A DNA stretch of 64,000 nt from Pirellulales bacterium (lineage in GTDB: Bacteria > Planctomycetota > Planctomycetia > Pirellulales > PALSA-1355), in contig CAVTBU010000004.1 in NCBI GenBank assembly GCA_963733035.1, positions 320,001-384,000 of the forward strand, given 5' to 3'. Below, one piece after another: positions 58,304-64,000 of the stretch. The notes beneath the pieces were generated by a model. That model saw only the letters and a program-made list of their open reading frames with translations. It made no database searches and was not told the DNA's origin. Every line of letters begins with the position of its first letter. The stretch's first letter is position 1. Position numbers and translations under genes: made by a program.

Positions 58304-60202
58304 TCAGGAAACGGACGCTCGGCTGGCGGCTTTGACACGAGCCGAGCCATAAAGCAAACGCAGATACGCGCTGGCCACGTCCGTACGACGAACCATGCCC
58401 AACACCCGCTTGTCTTGCAGATTATTGACCACGGGCAACGCCTGCAGTTCGCTCTCGACGAACGACTCGTAGACTCGTTCGAGCGAGTCCTCTGGGACAA
58501 TCGGCGTGAATTCGGTTCGCATCAGGTCCGCGGCCAGCAACAGCGGGCGCAATGCCGGCGTGTGCGAAACAAGATAAACCTCTTCCAAGTCGACGATGCC
58601 GATCAGCCGCTGGTTGTCGTCAACCACTGGCATCACGGCAATCGTGGCATCGTCAAACTGACTAAGGACTTCAGACAGCGTGTCGCCGGGCCTGAGAATG
58701 TGATGATCCTTGGTGTTCATGAACCTGGCCACGGTAACGCCGGCAAGCGCTTGACGAACAAAGGCTCCCTGGTGGGCTGGCGAACGGCTTCGAGTTTCCA
58801 CCTGCTGACTGTAGATCGACTGACGGTCGGACAACATGAATGCCAGGGTACAGGCCCACAGGGCGGGCAACAGCAGCGTGTAACCGCCGGTCATTTCGCT
58901 GACCATGATCAGCGTTGAGAAGGGCGTCTTGGCGGCCGCCGCAAAGAAGCCCGCCATGCCGACCAGCGCAAAGCTGCTCGGATGAGGAACCAGCTCCGGC
59001 CAGACATCGTGCAACGCCAAGCCCAAAGCCCCACCCGCGCACGCACCGATCACCATCGACGGCCCGAACACGCCACCCGAACCGCCACTGCCAATGGTCA
59101 GACTCGTGGTGAGCAATTTTCCCACGGCAATCGCGAGCAGCAGTCCGACGCCCATGGTTTCCGGCTCGATCAAAACGCCTTGTACGGCCGCATATCCAAA
59201 AGCCATCACGGATAGGGCCGATTGGGAATTAAACCAGTAGTAGAGTCCCACAGCCAACAGACCGGTCAGACAAGCACCGATGGCCGGGCGAAAGTGATGG
59301 GGAATTGGCAAGCGCCGGAACAGCGCCGTTAGTCCGTAGAACGTCCTCGTATAAACCATTGCCAGCGGCACCATCGCCAGCGCCAGCAGCGTATAAGCAA
59401 CAAGCTGCCACGGATTTCCGAAGTGCAACTCCGGCAACGTGAACAACGGAGTCCAGCCAAAAATCGCGCCGAACGTGCTATAGGCAATCACGCTTGCCAG
59501 CGCGGCAGGCAGAATCACCTCCGGTTCGAACTCGGGCGAAGCGTACAACACTTCGGCGGCGAACAGCGCCCCGGCCACCGGAGCGCGGAAAATCGCGCCA
59601 ATGCCCGCGCCCATGCCCGCAGCCAACAGAATTCGGCGCTCGGCCGAGCGCAATCGCAGCATTCCGGCCAAGGCAGAGCCAAAACCGGCACCGATTTGCG
59701 CAATGGGGCCCTCGCGGCCGCCGGATCCCCCCGAACCGATTGTCAGCGCGCTGGCGATGATTTTGACGACCGGCACTTGCGGTCGCATGTAGCCCTGGTG
59801 CTGATGATAGGCGGCGATGACCGAGTCCGTGCCGTGCCCCTCGGCCTCTGGCGCAAACGTATAAATGACGAATCCAGCCAAGAGGCCGCCAACCGTCGGT
59901 ACGAGAACCAACATCCACGGGTTGAAGGGATGATCGGTCGGCGGCATCCAACTGAATTTGATTTCGCCCCCGGGATGCGGCTCCGGCCGATACCCGGCCA
60001 GACCATCGAGGGCATAGTAGGCGGCCGCCTCGGTGACGACGTAGAAGACAACCGCGGCCAGGCCGGCCACGACGCCAACCACAACCGACAATCCTAGAAT
60101 TCGCACCTGCCCGCGGATGCGTTTCTGACCAAAGATTAGGAATTCCGGCCACCAACTCCGGGCCGAATGCTCAGAACTGGGCGGTAGTTTTTGCTCGCTC
60201 AT
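58304..60202 (-). CDS. CLC-family Cl-/H+ antiporter or channel with two C-terminal CBS domains
   Basis: APEAEGHGTD, GSGGREGP (gating Glu), IFRAP..GALFAAE, GSGGVFGP, SIY, CBS pair. Start taken at MSEQ (60202). Confidence 0.94.
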   Translation of the reverse strand: MSEQKLPPSSEHSARSWWPEFLIFGQKRIRGQVRILGLSVVVGVVAGLAAVVFYVVTEAAAYYALDGLAGYRPEPHPGGEIKFSWMPPTDHPFNPWMLVLVPTVGGLLAGFVIYTFAPEAEGHGTDSVIAAYHQHQGYMRPQVPVVKIIASALTIGSGGSGGREGPIAQIGAGFGSALAGMLRLRSAERRILLAAGMGAGIGAIFRAPVAGALFAAEVLYASPEFEPEVILPAALASVIAYSTFGAIFGWTPLFTLPELHFGNPWQLVAYTLLALAMVPLAMVYTRTFYGLTALFRRLPIPHHFRPAIGACLTGLLAVGLYYWFNSQSALSVMAFGYAAVQGVLIEPETMGVGLLLAIAVGKLLTTSLTIGSGGSGGVFGPSMVIGACAGGALGLALHDVWPELVPHPSSFALVGMAGFFAAAAKTPFSTLIMVSEMTGGYTLLLPALWACTLAFMLSDRQSIYSQQVETRSRSPAHQGAFVRQALAGVTVARFMNTKDHHILRPGDTLSEVLSQFDDATIAVMPVVDDNQRLIGIVDLEEVYLVSHTPALRPLLLAADLMRTEFTPIVPEDSLERVYESFVESELQALPVVNNLQDKRVLGMVRRTDVASAYLRLLYGSARVKAASRASVS

Positions 60203-60602
60203 TAGGCCCTCTACGGTACCCGATGGGCCTATTGTTGTCGACTGCCACTTACAACGTGCGCCTGCCATGAGTCGTTCAACGATCCGCAGGTCGTTTCCGA
60301 CACCTTGACCAGTGGCTTCCGGTGCGCTGCTTTTCGTTGAAAAAACCGACGACGCGTTTTGGTACGCCGCTCAGAAGGCCCGGTGACGTGACGACGATCT
60401 TCAGCAGCCGTCGCGAAGCCGCCTGCAGGGAACCAACCCCGGCGCCGCGGTGCTTGACCTGCGAGCGTATGGCCAGGTCCAAGCTAGCAGCATTACTGCG
60501 ACCAACTTTGTCGACCAGGGCGGCAGCAACTTACTCTTTCATTGATGCGCAAATCGTAGCCACGGGCGGCGTCGCCGTGGACGTATCCCCGATCAACGCA
60601 AG

Positions 60603-63600
60603 TCAACGCGAATCGGCGTGGGTGGGACTGTCGCCGGCCTCAACCGACACATGGGGACCACCCTCTGTGAGTTTCTTGCCATTAAGCCGACCGGCGACCC
60701 TGCGCTTGCCAAGCGGACGCGGAACCTTGCGCAACCAGCCGCGAACTTTCTCGCGGCGTTGTTTCCTTCCGCGCCACAGGTCGTTACACCACTCGATGAC
60801 GTAGTAGAAAACGGGCGTCAGAAAAACCCCAAACAACGTAACTCCCAACATGCCGCCAAACACGGCAGTGCCCAACGTGCGCCGCATTTCAGCACCGGCC
60901 CCGACCGAAATCACGAGCGGTACCACGCCGAGAATAAACGCGAACGATGTCATCACGATTGGCCTGAGTCGCAGATTCACCGCTTCGAGCGTCGCTTCGT
61001 AACGTCCTTTGCCGGCCAGCCGTTGTGCTCGGGCAAATTCCACCACCAAGATCGCGTTTTTGCAAGCCAGGCCGATCAGCACCACGAAGCCAACCTGGGT
61101 GAAAATGTTGATGTCCATTTTCGACCACTGCACTGCCATGATCGAACACAACAGACACATTGGCACGACGAGAATCACCGCCAGCGGCAACGACCAACTT
61201 TCATATTGCGCGGCAAGGACCAGGAACACCAACACGACGGCCAGCAGCAACACGAGCATCGCCGTGTTGCCGGTTTGCAACTGTAATAGCGCCAGCTCGG
61301 TCCACTCGTAGCGCATCGACCAGCCGAGCGAGTCGTCGACCAGCTTTTCCATCTCCTCGATGGCCTGCCCCGAACTTACTCCCGGGGCCGGGTTGTAGAT
61401 GATCGGCGCCGAGGGATACATGTTGTACCGTGCGATCAACACTGGACCCGTGATGTCTCGCACCGTTGCCAGCGTGCCAAAAGGAACCATTCGCCCGTGC
61501 TCGTTGCGCACTTTGAGTTGTTTGAGGTCTTCGATTCTCCGGCGAAAATCCTGGTCGGCCTGTACGTTCACCTGCCAGGTACGGCCGAAAAGGTTGAAGT
61601 CGTTCACGTAGAGCGAGCCGAGATAGACCTGCAATGTGGTAAACAACTCCGACATCGAGATCCCCATCCGCTTGGCGGCCGTACGATCGATGTCCAGGTA
61701 TAGCCAGGGAGTTTCCGCCCGGAAGCTGGTAAACGCGTCTTCGATCGACGGATCACGCTCGGCCGAGACGACAATTTGATCGGCCACGTCCTGCAAGACG
61801 TTCAGCCCCGCGGCTCCCCGGTCTTCGATCATGACCTTGAATCCGCCTGTTGTACCCAGCCCATCCAGGGGCGGTGCGCCGAGTACGTTTACGATTCCGT
61901 CGCGAATCTCATGCTGCAGGGTTCGCTGCAAACGGGTGGCAATCGCCGAGCTCGACATTTCGACGCCGCGTCGTTCGTGAAAATCGTCGAGCATCACATA
62001 CATCGCCCCAAAGTTTGGAGCGTTGGCCGACAGCGAGATCGATTGCCCTGATATCGCCACCGTGTGGCGAATGCCGGGGGATTTGAGCGCCAGCTCTTCA
62101 ATCTTCGCCATCACGTCCTCGGTGCGGCCCACCGAAGCCGAGTCTGGCAGTTGCAGATTCACGAGCAGATAACCTTTGTCCTGATCGGGAATAAATCCTT
62201 TGGGCGTCTCGTTGAACCGCACGTAGGTCATGTACAACAGTCCGCCGTACCCGACCAAGACCAGCAAGCTCACGCGTAGCAGGCGTCCAACCGACCAGGT
62301 GTAGACATTGGCCGTAAAATCGAAGGCCAAGTTGAAACTGCGGAACAACAGCCACAAGATACGGTTAAGCGGCCAGGCCAGCAGCGCACCGAGAATAGCT
62401 CCCGAGGCCGCGCCCACCCACGGGTGCGACTCGGCTGCAAAGCCGGCGAGCCAGTTTCCATCCCGCAGCCATGGTGTCAGAAAGACCCAACCCAGCCAAC
62501 CGCCGGCCACGACAAAGGCCAACCACGGCAACGGCGCGGCACGCTGCTTGTCCCGTTCACGCAATAGCAGCGCCGTGAGCGCCGGGCTCAGCGTGAGCGA
62601 GTTGAACGTCGAAATCAACATCGAGACGGCAATCGTCAACGCGAACTGCCGAAAGAACTGTCCCATGATGCCGCTGATAAACGCGCAGGGTACAAACACG
62701 GCGCTCAGCACGAGGCCGACAGCGATCACCGGTCCGGAAACCTGCTCCATCGCTTTAATCGTGGCCTCGCGCGGCGCTAGCCCACGTTCGATGTGATGTT
62801 CGACGGCCTCGACCACCACGATCGCATCATCGACGACGATGCCGATCGCCAGCACCAGGCCAAACAACGTGAGATTGTTGAGGCTGAATCCCATGGTGGC
62901 CATCACGGCAAATGTGCCAATGATCGCCACCGGAACGGCAATCAAAGGAATGATGGCGCTGCGCCAATTCTGCAGAAACACGAGCACCACGACAGCGACC
63001 AGGATCACCGCGTCGCGCAGCCCCTTGAAAACCTCGCTGATCGATTCATTGATGAACGGCGTGGTATCGTACACGATGGCGTAGTCGATTCCCTCGGGGA
63101 ACCGCGTTTTCAGATCTTCCATCTTGGACCGCACGAGGCCAGCAACATCCAATGCGTTCGAGCCGGGGAGCTGATAAATCGACAGAGCGACCGACGGTTG
63201 GCCGTCGAGTCGGCAGGCCTGATCATAGCCCTGGGCCCCGAGTTCGATCCGGGCCACGTCCTTCAGTCGCACCAGACCGCCGTTGGGCTCGCGCTTCAGA
63301 ATCATTTCAGCGAACTCGTCCGGGTCGGCCAGACGTCCCATCGTACTGATGGTGAACTGGAATACCTGCCCGTTGTCGACGGGCGGCTGACCGATTTGCC
63401 CGGCGGCGACCTGCGTGTTCTGCTGCTGGATCGCCTGCACGACATCGCTGGCAGCGAGATTGCGCGAGGCCATGCGTTCTGGATCGAGCCACAGTCGCAT
63501 ACTGTAGTCGCGCTGTCCCAAGTACGTGATGTCGCCCACGCCTTGAAGTCGCGAAAGTTCGTCTTTGAGCTGAATCGTGGCATAATTGCTCAGGTACAGA

Positions 63601-63998
63601 TTGTCTCGCTTGCCCGCCGGCGAGAAGAGATTGACGATCATCAGCACGCTGGGCGACTTCTTCTTGACGGTCACCCCGCGCCGCTGGACGAGTTCGGGCA
63701 AGACCGGCTGCGCCAGCGCCACGCGATTCTGCACGAGCACCTGAGCCATGTTCAGATCCACGTCGTTGCTGAACGTCACGGTGAGCGTATAGCTGCCGTC
63801 ATTGCCGCATTGCGACGACATATAGAGCATCGCTTCGACACCGTTCACTTGCTGTTCGATCGGGGCGGCAACGGTGTCGGCAACCACCTTGGCGTTGGCG
63901 CCGGGATAAACGGCCGAAACCTCCACGGTGGGCGGCGCGATCTGCGGATACTGGGCAATCGGCAGCGTAAACAGCGCAATCCCGCCGGCCAGCGTGAC
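60603..63998 (-). CDS. HAE1-family RND multidrug efflux permease (MexF/OqxB-like), 5' end outside window
   Basis: Frame is open to the window edge (LPIAQYPQIAPPTV). Motifs YPGANA..VA.TVAAPIEQQVNGVE, IGIVVDDAIVVVE, LTLSPAL, GLACKNAILVVEF, RLRPIVMT. Confidence 0.95.
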   Translation of the reverse strand, partial: VTLAGGIALFTLPIAQYPQIAPPTVEVSAVYPGANAKVVADTVAAPIEQQVNGVEAMLYMSSQCGNDGSYTLTVTFSNDVDLNMAQVLVQNRVALAQPVLPELVQRRGVTVKKKSPSVLMIVNLFSPAGKRDNLYLSNYATIQLKDELSRLQGVGDITYLGQRDYSMRLWLDPERMASRNLAASDVVQAIQQQNTQVAAGQIGQPPVDNGQVFQFTISTMGRLADPDEFAEMILKREPNGGLVRLKDVARIELGAQGYDQACRLDGQPSVALSIYQLPGSNALDVAGLVRSKMEDLKTRFPEGIDYAIVYDTTPFINESISEVFKGLRDAVILVAVVVLVFLQNWRSAIIPLIAVPVAIIGTFAVMATMGFSLNNLTLFGLVLAIGIVVDDAIVVVEAVEHHIERGLAPREATIKAMEQVSGPVIAVGLVLSAVFVPCAFISGIMGQFFRQFALTIAVSMLISTFNSLTLSPALTALLLRERDKQRAAPLPWLAFVVAGGWLGWVFLTPWLRDGNWLAGFAAESHPWVGAASGAILGALLAWPLNRILWLLFRSFNLAFDFTANVYTWSVGRLLRVSLLVLVGYGGLLYMTYVRFNETPKGFIPDQDKGYLLVNLQLPDSASVGRTEDVMAKIEELALKSPGIRHTVAISGQSISLSANAPNFGAMYVMLDDFHERRGVEMSSSAIATRLQRTLQHEIRDGIVNVLGAPPLDGLGTTGGFKVMIEDRGAAGLNVLQDVADQIVVSAERDPSIEDAFTSFRAETPWLYLDIDRTAAKRMGISMSELFTTLQVYLGSLYVNDFNLFGRTWQVNVQADQDFRRRIEDLKQLKVRNEHGRMVPFGTLATVRDITGPVLIARYNMYPSAPIIYNPAPGVSSGQAIEEMEKLVDDSLGWSMRYEWTELALLQLQTGNTAMLVLLLAVVLVFLVLAAQYESWSLPLAVILVVPMCLLCSIMAVQWSKMDINIFTQVGFVVLIGLACKNAILVVEFARAQRLAGKGRYEATLEAVNLRLRPIVMTSFAFILGVVPLVISVGAGAEMRRTLGTAVFGGMLGVTLFGVFLTPVFYYVIEWCNDLWRGRKQRREKVRGWLRKVPRPLGKRRVAGRLNGKKLTEGGPHVSVEAGDSPTHADSR

Positions 63999-64000
63999 GA

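Noticed and set aside
60460..60475. Minus-strand TGGCCATACGCTCGCA upstream of the CLC gene
   Set aside because: The spacing is correct but both boxes match weakly; such a hit is expected by chance at this GC content.
60276..60482. 68-aa minus-strand ORF between the RND pump and the CLC gene
   Set aside because: TTG start with no RBS and no motif, so there is no support for a gene.

Overview
GC-rich bacterial DNA, most likely a planctomycete. The evidence is a BBP7-type beta-barrel, an LExRxLLA N-terminal motif on a secreted peroxidase, an NTF2-like plus G/R/P/N-rich TPR gene pair, and many Tat substrates. No rRNA, tRNA, CRISPR array or mobile element was recognised. Contents in order: (1) a partial galT; (2) a duplicated RND efflux locus with two TolC-like outer-membrane factors, a small leader-like ORF ending in PLRC, and two MFP+permease pairs with non-canonical proton-relay residues, next to an OprO/P-like porin and a decayed Fur gene; (3) a sigma54 phosphorelay cluster with a stand-alone Hpt, a CHASE3 hybrid kinase, an NtrC-type activator, DUF1328, a sensor-less pseudokinase-REC-Hpt and a HEAT protein; (4) a probable amino-sugar-acid catabolic cluster with a PhyH dioxygenase, two Tat beta-propellers, a class III aminotransferase, an HpcH aldolase, a Gfo/Idh/MocA enzyme and an SDR; (5) a beta-barrel, a Tat metallophosphoesterase, an Fpg/Nei glycosylase and the NTF2/TPR pair; (6) trehalose/glycogen genes treZ, treS-maltokinase, glgX, treY and an amylo-1,6-glucosidase; (7) a degenerate GGDEF protein, a secreted animal-type heme peroxidase, a CLC-CBS transporter and a partial HAE1 RND pump. 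Five GG-N10-GC sigma54 promoter candidates were found by eye. Eleven frameshifts in otherwise intact genes all fall on or beside GCGC. This suggests motif-specific (methylation-linked) long-read errors rather than true pseudogenes. All calls come from motif recognition by eye; no database searches were run.
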